Translations under genes and position numbers: made by a program | From: Macrostomum lignano | Lineage: Eukaryota | DNA length: 64,000 nt | Assembly (NCBI GenBank): GCA_002269645.1 | Contig: NIVC01000984.1 | Span: 248,001 to 312,000, forward strand | Direction: 5' to 3' | Part shown: positions 26,601 through 39,522 of the stretch, one piece after another | Position numbering within the stretch: position 1 is the stretch's first letter | How the letters are laid out: each line of letters starts with the position of its first letter | The notes under the pieces: model-generated | The model's input: only the letters and a program-made list of their open reading frames with translations | The model's database searches: none | Told to the model about the DNA's origin: nothing

Positions 26601-29597
26601 AAATGTTACAACATTAGAAATAGTAACGCTAGAAACCCACCCGCCTAGATGAAGTTGAGTCAGAACTCAGAATTATAGAATTATATCCCGGATCAGAAGA
26701 GGTACAGTTGAGAAGCAAGAAGACACAGACGGTTGCAAAGGAAATGTAAAAAGGCGGGAACGTGGCAAGGAGAGTTAGGTTGCAAAGTAGGAGAGAGAGA
26801 GTAGGAAAGGGTCGAGGATAGGACTCGGGACTCAGCGGGAAACAGCGGCAGCAGCAGCCGGAGGCCGGAGCAGCAGACAGCAGAGGGGAGGAGGTAGAGT
26901 CTACCCAACCCAACCCCCTGAGCTACACACGGGCCGGGAGCGTGGCAACCTCCACAGGGTTTCTCTTCTCTTCGTAAACCAAGGCCTTCAAAGCTCCCCC
27001 TTCCCTCCCTCTCCCCCTCTCCTAGCGACTCGGAGAGAATTTTTTCCGTTCTTTCTCTCTTCTCTCGTTTCTAGCTAGCAGGCCGGAGCTCCGCTCCCAC
27101 CGTGTACCGCGTGAGTCACTGAGAGACTGAGCGGAGCCGGTCGCATGGCCGGGGGGGGCGCAGTAGGGGGGTTGGAGAGGCAGGAGAGGAAAGAAGAGAA
27201 GCCCCAAGCCCAGTGGAGCAGTATCGCAAATGGGGACCACCCTCGCGGGGCCACTCTAACGCTCTCACTCGGTCTAGGCAACTAAGAGCAGAGGCTTTAG
27301 AAGCGGACCAAAGTAATGGGCGGGTGGACGGACGGACGGGGAGGTCTAGCGCGCGGGCGGGGGCCCTCCGGCTCACACAGAGAGAAGGGAAGACTCAGCC
27401 GCCCTGGCAACACGGGACGCAGCACCGGAATCAGACACACACGCACACAAAGGCAGACACACACACAGGGAGACGTCAGTCATTTTGTCCAGCCGTTTCG
27501 AACACCGAAAATTTTCCAGTTCTTACTCTTTATTAGTCGGTCGGCAGACTCAACAACACGAATGGGCTCGTTCCAGCTTCGTGGGAGTTCGAATTACGAA
27601 GCCCTACTTATTGCGTTACGCACATCAACCAAGCAGCTTGGCTTCCTGTACTGATCGACTGCCAACCATTTCTTTCCACAGCTGATGGTGCACCTGGCCC
27701 TACTACGTACTAATTCCTCTTGCAGAGTACGACTGCACATATTGGCGCCCCCCTTACTCGCCTGCATACATAATGGCGCCCCCTACTCGCTTACATACAT
27801 ATTGGCGCCCCCTACTCGCCTGCATACATAATGGCGCCCCCTACTCGCTTACATACATATTGGCGCCCCCTACTCGCCTACATACATATTGGCGCCCCCT
27901 ACTCGCCTACATACATATAGCGCCCCCTTACTCGCCTGCATACATAATGGCGCCCCCCTACTCGCCTGCATAGAATATGGCGCCCCCTATTCGCCCGACA
28001 TACATACATGGCGCCCTCGAGTTGGCTCCTCTGTCTTCAAAAAATTTTCAACCAATCCAGCCACCCAATTACAATGAGTGGCCTCTCTTACCAACAGCCT
28101 CAAGGGATCCAGTCGAGAAGTCGGAGGCCGCTGGATCGCCGCGCATCAACTGTTGTTGTTGCTGTTGTTGGCGCCGATGCCGAAGGCGGGACCGGCGTGA
28201 CTGGGACTGAGAGTGACCGAGCCCCCTGTCCGGGGACACCACCTTGGTCATAGACATTTTACTAATGCAAGGGATAAAGGCAAAGGACTTGGGAGGAAAA
28301 GTTTGCGGGTCAACGGAGGGACCGTAGTTAAAGGGGGGAATTGGGAGTTCCACAAGCCCTGTGTTCTATTTAATATATACAGAGAGAGGACCCCATGCCT
28401 ATTGCATCCTTCCGTTCTGCCTCCCCATCGAAACTGCAGAGCCCGCGGGATTGGGCAAGGCGTGTAGGGTTTCCCCGCTCCATCCAAGCCCCTCCAGGCC
28501 TCCCTCTAGGCACTCCCAGAATCTCCCTCTTTCTCCCGACAGCCCCCTCGCGCTGTGGTGTACAATTGGACTAGGCATCTCCCCACCCCCCGTGGCGATC
28601 CTCCGTCTCCTCTCCCTGCCCTCAAATTCCCCCCCCCAATCTAGCATGCATGCTTGCAGCGCTCCGGGCCTAAGCCCCGGCACAACGCTAGCTCTAGCTT
28701 TGTAAGGCTGCTATACGGGGCAGCGCAGGGCATGTTGAGAGAGGGAGAGGGAGAAAGACCCCGGGCCTCCGCCTGAAAGCATGGGCTTTGGCTGGCCTGA
28801 ATAGAACTGAACTGAATGCGATGTAGGTAGGCAGGCTGCAGGGGACTAGCTAGAGCTAGGCAGATTTTCTATGCGCCTTCTACTGCATATGGCCGTACAT
28901 ATATATAGTAAAAAATATATTATCTGGCATACGAGAAGCCCAGCTATAATAGAGATCGGAACCGAAGCCGAATAATTAATTATTTCATTAATTATTGATT
29001 AAAAACCAAGCTCTATGCATGCAATATGGCTCTAGCCTCTAGGTTGCACTAAAGTTCTTTAAAAAATTAAGAAATAAAAAAATGGAAATCAATAGAATAA
29101 AAAAAGAGGGCGAGTCGGAGCTGAGCTGAGAGAAAAGAATTCCAGATGGAAAAATGGAACAAAAACATTGCAGCCAGTTACGCAACAACTTCAAGCGCTT
29201 CTCAATGTATTTCCTGAATTTCATTTTTTCTTAAATCCTCACCAAGGCTTGACAGGTGACGGCGCCGCGGCCTCTCGCGCAGGTCATAGGGAGGAGGCGG
29301 CGGAGGTGGAGGCAACGGCAGCAGTGGCTGAGAAGGGGCTGGACTCAGTGCTGGGCTCAGTTGGAGTAGCGGCGGATTCCAGGTGCTGAAATGACCGCCG
29401 CCTCCGCCGCTGCCAACAATCACAGGAGCGTCGGGATGGTCCTTGCTGCTGCTACTGCTGCCGCTGGCGCTACTGCTGACCTCCTGCTGCTGCTGCTGCT
29501 GATGCTGCGGCGATGAGCCACTAGACAGGCGGCTGGCTTCCTTAACAGCTGGCATTGGCAAATACTGGCTGCGTCTTGCTGGAGCGTTGCCAAGCAT
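20691..29597 (-). CDS. RNF38: RNF38/RNF44-like RING-H2 E3 ligase; exons 29597-29243, 25065-24893, 24789-24416, 21717-20691 (~642 aa)
   Basis: C-terminus LLHLAAQVGGCRPRG...LPAYRY...[44 protein letters not shown] matches the family. All introns are GT-AG with compatible phases 1, 0, 2. RNF38 and RNF44 cannot be distinguished. Confidence 0.85.
21978..22277. repeat. 24-bp minisatellite (GAGTGCTAGTTGGGACGCCATTTG)
   Basis: Direct array; same family as 23717-24330. Confidence 0.95.
22305..22675 (-). CDS. Candidate alternative first coding exon (1c) of the RNF38-like gene
   Basis: ATG at 22675 (MQHQQQLESLYAQFYASFVNW...), coding-like GC content, upstream TATAAAAG. Donor TG|GTGCGG at 22304 is phase 2, matching the acceptor at 21717. 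Confidence 0.5.
22783..22790 (-). promoter_or_regulatory. TATA box (TATAAAAG) upstream of candidate exon 1c
   Basis: Consensus TATA about 110 nt upstream of ATG 22675, preceded by GC-rich and CCAAT-containing sequence (22860-22930). Confidence 0.45.
23717..24330. repeat. 24/26-bp minisatellite (GAGTGCTAGTTGGGGCGCCATTCA)
   Basis: Direct array; same family as 21978-22277. Confidence 0.95.
25207..26500. repeat. 21-bp minisatellite (CTAGAATCCCGATCACTAAT[C/T])
   Basis: About 60 units. The 432-aa and 422-aa ORFs are repeat artefacts. Confidence 0.97.
27736..28010. repeat. 29-bp minisatellite (CATACATATTGGCGCCCCCTACTCGCCTG)
   Basis: Period 29 (27794 to 27823). Confidence 0.93.
28092..28257 (-). 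CDS. Candidate alternative first coding exon (1b) of the RNF38-like gene
   Basis: MSMTKVVSPDRGLGHSQSQSRRSRLRHRRQQQQQQQL...GSLEAV-G ends at a strong donor G|GTAAGA in phase 1, matching the acceptor at 25065. Contains poly-Gln like the other exons. Confidence 0.55.
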
Positions 29598-31559
29598 AAT
29601 TATGCTGCATAAATTAAATTTTCCTTTAGAACTGTCAGAGAAGAAAAAATAAAGTCTTAAACTATGGCTCTAAAATTATAGCCTAAGATGAATTTTTGAG
29701 AATATTTTATACAGAGTATAAGTAGAAGTTCCAAGTAGAATAGTTGGTATCCATGTAAAATACATACTAGATAGAAGTAGCAAAGATTAGTACATTTTCT
29801 AATAGTTTCTGTAGTAGTATAGATTTTTTATTTTAGTATAGTTGTTTAAACCATATTTTATCATTTGGCATATGATGCCATGATCTTGAAAATGGTCAAT
29901 ATTTGAGTAGAATAAAAGGAATAATAAGGACATATAATATATAATATTGTAGATCATGCATATATGCACATTGTCTGCTTTAACCTTGGATATATGAATA
30001 TACATTGATCAGAATTGCAAATATTGATTGGCATATATACAAAGTAGTATTAGGCTATTTGACTATTGGCACAATTCAGAATGAAAGGATTAAATAAATA
30101 AACTTAGAATAAGTTAATTAAATATATCTATTGTTTAAATTTATGCTAATATAGTTTTTGAAAATAAACAATATAACTAACAAACTAATATTATAAACAT
30201 TTGGTACAAAAATTTCATTTTAAAATAATCATGAATTATCTCTACAATTTCAAATATAAATTTCTATTTCTAAAATACTTTCAACTTATTTTGTATATAG
30301 GATAACATAGTTTTGTTTTGTCTTAGACCTTAATTAATTAGTTCATTTAGTATATATAACATAGTTTTATATATTGTAACTTTTATACTAACATGCATTA
30401 TACATATCCATATTCTATTGAATTATTAATCAATTCAAGCATGACAAGTATGGTACATAATTAATGAGCAGTGTGTAATTGGCATATAAACAAAAAATCA
30501 CCCTATTGTGTATTTTAGCATTAATTCAACATGGACATGGTTTCAGATTCCAACTCTAAATTATTATAACTGTTTTTTGCATTTTTCAGCCAATGGTAGG
30601 TTAAACTGCAATGCCTACAACAATTGTACCTCCCGCAAAGCTTCAGAATAGCATCATCCTGTGCAATCTAATATAGTATAATATATAGCTTAGGACATAG
30701 ATATACTAGTAAAGCCATCTTAATGCTTATTTAGGTCTGTCTCTAGACTAAATTTTAGTTGGCATATAATAATAATATAATATTGATAATAAAACCAGCT
30801 GATATAGACCAGATTAATTGCTATATTTTGACTAAGAGATGAACAAAAATCAGTGGCATAGCCAGAGTGCTAGAAGACCTGCCCTCTACCCAAAATTTCT
30901 AGAAAAAACCTCTAATTTATACCTCATCTTTCTTGTAGATAGTGCTAAAGACAAAGTAAATAGCACCCTAAAAAATTGTAGCTACACCACAAACAGAAAA
31001 TAAATTAAATGCATACTGCAGCTACTGCTATCATTAATATGATAAAGAAAATTATAAAATATAGGCCTAACTTTATGAAACTATATTGAACTGTAATCTA
31101 GCAAAAACTAATTCTAATAAATATTTCCATTTTGGACTTGGACTTGCATTGTAACTTATTTATAGATATTCCTATTTCCTGAGTCTAAGATCAGCACTTG
31201 TATTCTAGTTTTAAAAAACTCCTATGTTTTAGATTCCTAATTTAAATCGATAACATTTAACAATTGCCTTACTGGCATTGCCATTGTGTACATTCCTCAT
31301 GTTTATGTCGATGTTCCTCCTGCTTTACTGCTTATTTACTTTGTGGCGTTCAGCTACATTTTTCACACAAAGTTTTGAAAAGCTTGGTAAATTTAATTTT
31401 TTAATCAGAAATTCTACATTTTTTGCTTTTTTGTAGTCTGTGTTTGTCATTCTCCATATAAAATGTAGAACCTGGAACTAAAATACGCGTGATGCATTTT
31501 CCAAGACAATTAATTATTTAAAAACTGTGTTACAATTGTCCCACAATTTAAATTCTATA

Positions 31560-32056
31560 GGGTGCGTTCGAGTGACTTAAAATGACTTAAACTGCCATTT
31601 TAACGTCCTTAGTAAAACAAATTTATCGTAATTGAATATTTTGTATTCTTCACCTTTGTTCTATCATTTGCTTTCACGTAAATAGAAAGACAAAACTATA
31701 ACATGAAGTTCACTCAGATACTATATTGAAGAATAAGAACCAAGCTGAAAAAGTACAAAACTCCAATAGAAAAATAATATAACAGTAGCAACAATAATAG
31801 TGACTATATTCCAAGTCCAAATAAACTACTATGTAATAACAATTAATATAACGGTGCCTAGGCGTTCAGGTTGAGTTGGAAGAAGTATAGGTGACGTTTT
31901 TTAATCTTAGACCGGTTTTAGAAATTGAATTAATTTTTAATTGTAATTTGACTATCATTTACCTAGATTATTTTTACATTTAGTCTGCTTAACATTTGTT
32001 TTACTAAGGACGTTAAAATGGCAGTTCAGGTCATTTTAAGTCACTCGAACGCACCC
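31560..32056. mobile_element. PIF/Harbinger-type MITE
   Basis: ~60-bp TIR GGGTGCGTTCGAGTGACTTAAAATGAC... with 3-bp TSD ATA (31557-31559, 32057-32059). Confidence 0.88.
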
Positions 32057-33265
32057 ATAATGTAGGCGAAAAAAATATAGATATTTAGTGTTGCAGTGCA
32101 CAAAAATATTTGGTAAACCATTTTAAAACATTTTTTTGCTTAAAAGCTTTCAAGCTTAAATCCTAATTTAATATTAAAAGAAACTATATGATTTTGTTTA
32201 AATGCTTAATTTTCAAACCTCTGAATCGGAGGAGATAGAACTTGGCACTTGAAACATCATTCGTTACAGTTATTCGTTAAAGTCGGAAGTACTTTGTGCA
32301 GTCGGAAAAAAACAAAATATGTCCGATAGACAAAGCTAGCTGTATTTTTTATTTTCTTACTCTGCCCTGCTCACTGCCTGGTCATACCCGCAACCAATGA
32401 TTTATTATTGGGCACTTCCAACTACATGTTCCCTACGTAGCTGATTAGATCATGATACTTATGAAGTTACGATCATGCTTTATGAAGCAAATAAAACTAG
32501 CTCAAGCATGTAACTGAACACTTGCTAGACAATATACATGTATAAGGACATTTGTATTATAGACAGGGATACATGTACTTGAACTCACATAAGTCTATAG
32601 GACCATACACCATATACGTATCCCATATTACCATTGCACATGTTTGCCATAAGCGGATTTAATTAAACGGGTTGCAATAATGAAAACAATGAAAACGATT
32701 ATGATCGAATTGTAATAATTTTGGTTACAACAATCATAAATGTAGTCTGAGTTATTATAAGTGGCTGGTATATTTTAAAACAAATGTTATTTAGTTGTTA
32801 AATATTTAGTGATAATGAAACGCATAAATTGCATAACGTTGATTAGTTGTAATTAATTTTTGTAACATGAAATACATACTAGATTATAATAAACAAAATT
32901 GTAAACGATATTTTACAGAAATTAAAATTAATAACAAACTACTAGACTTCTATAGCGGAGATGTTGCTACGAGCACGGTTTTACCGATTATGATAAATTA
33001 TATAAAAATTAAGGTAACAAGGACGCATGTACGATTGATTAAACACACAAGAAGATATTGCAACATATACAGCACTGGGAAAAACAGTATTAATTATAAT
33101 TAACTTGCTTGTAAAACATAGCTGGTGCAACAACAAGAAAAGCGATAATTAAGCGATAAATTGGATAAGAATAAAATTTCAACACGCAGAGAAAACAGGT
33201 CGGCTCAACTGTTTATTATTTAATAAGATTAAAGTTACAGATTGCCGAAGAGACTAAGGAGATTG

Positions 33266-36200
33266 TTAGTGAATTCCGAGAGCGTGCTCAAGTTCCTGGC
33301 GACGCTGAGTTACCTGAAAGTGTAAAGTTAAAATGCAGAGAAACTGGAGACTTCAAGCTGATTCAAAACTGCACTAGAATGCACAATTCCGAGAGTCTCT
33401 CACCTTGCTAGAGAAGTACCGAGTGGCGGCCTCGTGCAGCCAGCTGTCCTGATAGAACTCGGCCCGCCTCTCCTCCTCGGGGTTGCCAACCAGATCCGTC
33501 ATAGTCTTCAAGTCCTGCTTCTGCGACACTAGCCAGCTGGTGATGAACTGGCGCGGATCCTCGGTGAACTGATTGAAGAAGTCGCGGTGCTGGGCCATCT
33601 GGTTGATCTGCTCAATGGTGTCGAACAGTTTTGCATCGATGATGGCCAGCTCCTGGGCGCTGGACGTGTTAACTAAGAAACTGTGCGCCATCTGCTTGTA
33701 GGGATCGTCAACTTCAACTTCGATCTCGTAGCAAGCGGTCTTCTTAGCGCCGGGCTCGTTGGAGATCAGGTGATTAATCACAATGGGATCTGGCGGCAGC
33801 AGCAGCTGGTGCAGGCGCTGAGGCACGTCGGCAAAGCGAAGCCGCGGCGGCGGCTGCTGCTGCGGATCGAGCCGGAAGGCTTCGGCCATGCCGGTATCGC
33901 AGACAATATAGCTGCGCTCCTGAGGATCCTGCAGCCGTTTGGTCTTCACGTAGTGCCAGAATGCTAGCAGAATCTGGGCCTTCGTGCCCGACTGGATGCC
34001 GAGCAGGCGGGACAGCTGCGGCTGCAGGCGGAACTGCGGCGGCTGCTGGTCCAGCATCAGCAGCACCGTGCACTTCACCGGCTTGTCGCCTGGGCGCTTC
34101 ACCTGACACGGGGATTCGCGTGCGGGATTCGGTGTTGATGGCAATGAGCTCAAGTCTGAGATATGGATAGCGAGAGTCACGACTGAGATAAGAGATAAAT
34201 ACAACTGAGACAAGGGATAGAGACACAACAGAAACAGGGGATAAAGACACAACTGAGACAAGAGATAAAAACACAACAGAAACAGGGGATAAAGACACAA
34301 CTGAGACAAGGGATAAAAACACAACAGAAACAGGGGATAAAGACACAACTAAGACAGGGGATAAAGACACAACCGAGACAGTTGATAAAGACACAACAGA
34401 AACAGGGGATAAAACACAACTGAGACAAGAGATAAATACAACTGAGACAGGGGATAAAAACACAACTGAGACAGGGGATAAAGACACAGCTGAGACAGGG
34501 GATAAAGACACAACTGAGACAGGGGATAAAAACACAACTGAGACAGGGGATAAAGACACAACTGAGACAGGGGATAAAGACACAACTGAGACAGGGGATA
34601 AAGACACAGCTGAGACAGGGGATAAAGACACAACTGAGACAGGGGATAAAGACACAACTGAGATAGGGGATAAAGACATAACTGAGACAGGGGATAAAGA
34701 CACAGCTGATACAGGGGATAAAGACACAACTAAGACAGGAGATAAATACACAACCGAGACAGGGGATAAAGACACAACTGAGACAGGGGATAAAGACACA
34801 GCTGAGACAGGGGATAAAGACACAGCTGAGACAGGGGATAAAGACACAACTGAGACAGGGGATAAAGACACAACTGAGACAGGGGATAAAGACACAACTG
34901 AGACAGGGGATAAAGACACAACTGAGATAGGGGATAAAGACATAACTGAGACAGGGGATAAAGACACAGCTGATACAGGGGATAAAGACACAACCGAGAC
35001 AGGGGATAAAGACACAGCTGAGACAGGGGATAAAAACACAGCTGAAATAAGCGATAAAGACAACTAAGAATTGAAACACAATTCATGGAACAGATAGAGA
35101 GCAGCACGGAGACACACCTGAAAGCCATCGGTCTCCTGTGTATTAGGTGACCGGTGCCACTCAACCAGGTGATTATCCGGGCCGTACAGAGTTTTGTCCA
35201 GCTCGATGACCAGACTCTTGAAGTAGCTGGAGAATTTGCGCTTAGCTTTAGCCGAGTCCCCGGCCCCATCTTCTACTAAGCGGCCTTCGACTCGAACTTC
35301 CCAGTTGGGGACAACTGGCTCGGGACCGCCAGGCTCGGCGCTTGGATCCGTGCCCGGATTGAACTGGTTGCTAATCAGAATGCGCAGCTTGCGGCGCAGC
35401 TTTTGCGGCTTCTTCTGGGCCTCTTGGATGGCCAGTTTCTTGCGCAAAATCACCTGGTTTAATATGAGGGGGGGGGGGCAGTTGTTACAGCCTTCAGTAC
35501 ATTAGTAGAACTGTTGGGCTCTTTGCTAGCTCCAGATATTCAGTTGCCAACACCGTACCTCTTAAAAGGAAGAAGCCACTCTTAATAGCCTAGCTCGTGT
35601 CTTTACCCGTCTCTCAGATGTGTCTTAATTTCCTATCTCAGTGGTGCCTATATCCCCTGACTTAGTTGTGTCTTAATCCCTTGTCTCTGTTGTGTGTGTC
35701 TATTCCATTTCATTTTTATCAATATTTCAACAATCAAATAATAACCGAGTCAGGTAAGTATTTTATCTTGGTAGAGTTACTTTTTGAATCTTAATTACCA
35801 GAGTTAGACTTACTCGAAACTCCCCAAGCTCGAAACTCCCCAAGCCTGAAAACCCCAAGCTCAAAACTTCACAAGCTCGAAACTCCCCAAGCTCGAAACT
35901 CCCCAAGCTCGAAACTCCCCAAGCTCGAATCTACGACAAGGTGAAATTCCGAGCTTGCGAAATCGACCAGCAGTCCAAAGCCAGACGGACCACAACTCTT
36001 ATCAATGCGTAAAAATGTACCTGGTCCAGCTTCTTTTCCAGTTTAAGCAGCTCCATATAGCTGGAAGATTCCGGCACCAGCTGTTGGATTCGCTCAGACA
36101 GCAGCCGGTCAGCGTGACGGCGCTTTCGTTTAGCTGATAGCATCGGCATACCAGACTGTTGCTGCTGCTGCTGCTGCTGCTGTGGCGGCGGCCGGGGTGG

Positions 36201-36533
36201 CGGATAGGGACCACTGCCGCCTCCTCCCGGCTGCATGTAGCCCGACGACTGACGCTGCTGGGACGAGACGCCGCCTCCGCCTCCGCCGCCGCGTCGAGAA
36301 GACGACGACGAAGAAGTCGAGGATGCTGAAGTCGGCGGAGGCGGCTGCGGCGGCGGAGCCGGACCGACTTGAGCGGGCGGTGGCGGCGGCGGTCCTGGGC
36401 GATATTGGGCAGGCGGCCCGCCTGGCGGCATTGGCGGATAGCCGCCAGGGGGTGCGCCGCTTCCGCCGGCTGCGGCAGGGCCGGGACTGCTGGCGCCTGG
36501 CGGGCCGCACGGGAATGCCGGACGAGGCTGCAT
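33266..36533 (-). CDS. SMARCD1: SWI/SNF subunit BAF60 (SWIB domain); exons ~36533-36021, 35453-35118, 34102-33404, 33313-33266
   Basis: Conserved blocks [96 protein letters not shown]. All junctions are phase 0, GT-AG. AATAAA near 33210-33215. The track's start at 36596 is GTG; ATG 36533 is the likely start. Confidence 0.95.
34172..35045. repeat. 24-bp intronic minisatellite (GACACAACTGAGACAGGGGATAAA)
   Basis: Direct array in SMARCD1 intron 2. Confidence 0.97.
35815..35928. repeat. 16-bp minisatellite (CGAAACTCCCCAAGCT)
   Basis: About 7 units in SMARCD1 intron 1. Confidence 0.92.
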
Positions 36534-36679
36534 ATTGTTTGAATTGTTAAACTGCTGGCAGCAATGGGTTGGTACCATGTCACGCATTGGAAACACATTT
36601 ATCGATTAGGAGAGCATAGAACTTGCTACTTTCTAGGAAATGCAAATTTCAATTAGAGAAATGGCGTAGACCAGTCACT

Positions 36680-37115
36680 TCAGTGTGGCTTCTACCGCTT
36701 ACTCAATATCACGGGTCCCCCAGTGTGGCTTCTACCGCTTACTCAATATCACGGGTCCCCCAGTGTGGCTTCTACCGCTTACTCAATATCACGGGTCCCC
36801 CAGTGTGGCTTCTACCGCTTACTCAATATCACGGGTCTCTCAATGTGGCTTCTACCGCTTACTCAACACCACGGGGTCTCTCAGTGTGGCTTCTACCGCT
36901 TACTTAACACCACGGGGTCTCTCAGTGTGGCTTCTACCGCTTACTCAACACCACGGGGTCTCTCAGTGTGGCTTCTACCGCTTACTCAACACCACGGGGT
37001 TTCTCTGTATGGCTTCTACCGCTTACTCAACACCACGGGGTCTCTCAGTGTGGCTTCTACCGCTTACTCAACACCACGGGGTCTCTCAGTGTGGCTTCTA
37101 CCGCTTACTCAACAC
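36680..37115. repeat. 40/41-bp minisatellite (CAGTGTGGCTTCTACCGCTTACTCAA...)
   Basis: Period 40 at 36681/36721/36761, just upstream of the SMARCD1 CDS. Confidence 0.95.
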
Positions 37116-38015
37116 GGGTCCCTCAGTCCCTTAACTACCTTAATACTTTGGATATTATTAAGAAATTGAAAATTCAAATTACCCAGCATTCATGTTAAAT
37201 ACACGGAGAAACGATGCAGATAATACATACAGATGATAATATACTCAATGAAATGAGATCGCAGTACAAATGAATATTACAACAATTGCAACAATTATTT
37301 CCGAGACATATCAGAGATAACAGCATTAGGCATAGTAATTATTTAAAAGTGAATAAAATGCATAGCAAAACCAGAGCGGGAAAGAAGAACGTGGTACCTA
37401 ATAAAAATACATGTAAATTAAAAAATCTGCTAGCAATGGCGATGAATTTACACGGTCAATTGTAACCTTTAAACGAGTGCAAGTTGATAAAACATTTTAG
37501 AAACTAAAATTGTAATTGCTAGCCGTTGCCAAATTGAATGTTAATCAAGCCACGCTTTAAGTAGCAGACAGAACCAAAGGATTATCTAAATTATATATTA
37601 TCTACTACGACGGCGTTTCCAAATACTTTTGATTGATACTTTTGCCTACAAATTATTAATGCACAGTGTTTGCAGAGAACAAGTTGTTTGTTTAAAACAA
37701 ACGCTCAATAATCAGGCTGACACGTTAAAGAACTTTTTTTCAGTGAATTTTAACCATACAAAGAACAAATACTTCAAGGACAACTTAATCACTTACTCAT
37801 TGTAAAAAAAGTATGTGACTCGTTTAAAAGCACTGTCCTATGGCCAAGCCTAACTGAAGATAAGGCTACACGCGAATGTAGCATGTAAGTTTGTGGCTGT
37901 AGTTAAGAACGGGTCTATGAGAATTTCCCGTGAGAATTTTTCCCGGCGAGGTTTTCCCGTAGGGTTTTCCTTCCTGTGGGAAATTCTCGTGCTCCTGTAA
38001 GAACCTATCCATAAT

Positions 38016-38061
38016 CATGCTTGGGCGCAACCTAGGGATTCACCCTGCCGTTTCTATTGGC

Positions 38062-38108
<47 letters not shown>

Positions 38109-38235
38109 GTCGCTATTGGACAGAATACTAGTCACGTGACTGCTCTCAGCCAATAGCGACTTACATGTGTGTGTGTGTGTGTGTGTGTGTTGTCAATAGA
38201 AACGGCCGGGTGAATCCCAAGGTTGCGCATGCATG
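38016..38235. mobile_element. Near-perfect palindromic (hairpin) MITE, hAT-like ends
   Basis: Arms GCGCAACCTAGGGATTCACC...(CA)n..TGTAAGTCGCTATTGG and their reverse complement. The right end GTTGCGCATGCATG resembles the TIR of the 10381 and 43830 MITEs. Confidence 0.8.
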
Positions 38236-38559
38236 CAGGTAATGCTTTACGAGGACTAAGTTATTAATACAATAGATCGGGTCTCCAAATTTCGTAGTTC
38301 CCCGTCCCTAGTTATTGAGTAGTCCCTGGTTCATGCACAACCTACGAGTACTTTGCAACTCTATGGGTCAAATAGTTAAGCACCAGTTCTTATTAAATTA
38401 ACACATACAAAACAGTTTTAAAAAGCTAAGAGAAGCGCCTGTTAAATAAATTGCTTGAATCTAGCAGCACACACAACTCGTACTCAAAAACACCTTATAG
38501 TCCCCTTCAACACTACCCGTTACAGTTAAATACAATAAGTACAGAAGTCAATGCATGAG

Positions 38560-39522
38560 TCAATCAATCAGAATCGGATGGTCGGCATCGTTGGGCTCAA
38601 CTAGCAGCGGCAACTGCAGGCCGGATGGCTGTTCTAAAAAGCCCAATTCCCGGCCGCCGCTAGTAGGCGTGGAATTAGTGAGGCTGCCAAAGTTGATGCC
38701 GCCAGTTCCTTTACTAACGGGCAGGGAGGCTGGCAGAAGCGTCAATGACTGAGCCGACACCGCGGACTCTGGCAAGTCAGCCGAGCTGACAGGCCGAGTG
38801 CCCGGCCCAGTGGCAGACTGCTGCCGTAACGGTCGCAGGGTGATCTTCACAAATCCGGCATCGTCTAGCTGGACTCGCTCAGTCCTATACTGAGTGTGCA
38901 CCTGCGGCGCTACCGGCCGCTGCGGAGTCGGCGCCGGCTTCCTAACAACAGTTGTTGTTGTCGATGAGGCCTCGCCAATTCGAATAATTTTCACAGTTGA
39001 AGACGACGCAGTCTCAGTAGCCGGCTGAGTAGGAGTCTGGGCAGCGTGAGCTTGGGTCTGATTGGCTTGGCTAGGACTAATATGGGTTAGCGATATGGCC
39101 GGGCTCTGCTGAGATTGGGTGAGAGCAGTCAGGGGCTTCAATGGCGATATTTTAGGCAGGCCTGGCCGGTCGCGTTTTGACGGCACTGACGCAGAGTTCT
39201 GCGACTGCGACTCGGCTGCCGGGCGTTTCAATTGCGGCATCGAAGGCGGCTTGCCGACACTGATTTCAACAATGGGAAGCGGCGGCCGCCGTCTGGGCCG
39301 TTGAATAGCTTCAGCAGATCGGCTGACAGCGTCGGCGTGAGCCATCAGCTGATTGAACAGGCCGCGTACGTCCTCGGCGGATTTGTCCGAGCCCAGCTCG
39401 ACTTGTAGAGCCTCGGCAAGGCTGGCCGGCTCGATGGCCGGATTGGATTTGACCAGCCGGACGGCCAACTGCAGCTCATGCGGCTGCCAATCGGACAGCA
39501 GCGACTGCACGGCGGCTATCAT
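38560..39522 (-). CDS. Uncharacterised 320-aa protein with an N-terminal SANT/Myb-like (SNAPC2-like) helical region
   Basis: Uninterrupted non-repetitive ORF with coding-like composition. WQPHELQLAVRLV...ELGSDKSAEDVRGLFNQL followed by an S/T/P-rich disordered tail. Confidence 0.75.
   Translation of the reverse strand: MIAAVQSLLSDWQPHELQLAVRLVKSNPAIEPASLAEALQVELGSDKSAEDVRGLFNQLMAHADAVSRSAEAIQRPRRRPPLPIVEISVGKPPSMPQLKRPAAESQSQNSASVPSKRDRPGLPKISPLKPLTALTQSQQSPAISLTHISPSQANQTQAHAAQTPTQPATETASSSTVKIIRIGEASSTTTTVVRKPAPTPQRPVAPQVHTQYRTERVQLDDAGFVKITLRPLRQQSATGPGTRPVSSADLPESAVSAQSLTLLPASLPVSKGTGGINFGSLTNSTPTSGGRELGFLEQPSGLQLPLLVEPNDADHPILID

Noticed and set aside
33774-35079. Long ORFs SLSPVSVV / CVFIPCLS / LCLYPLSQ
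   Set aside because: 24-bp intronic minisatellite. The true SMARCD1 exon starts at the acceptor at 34102.
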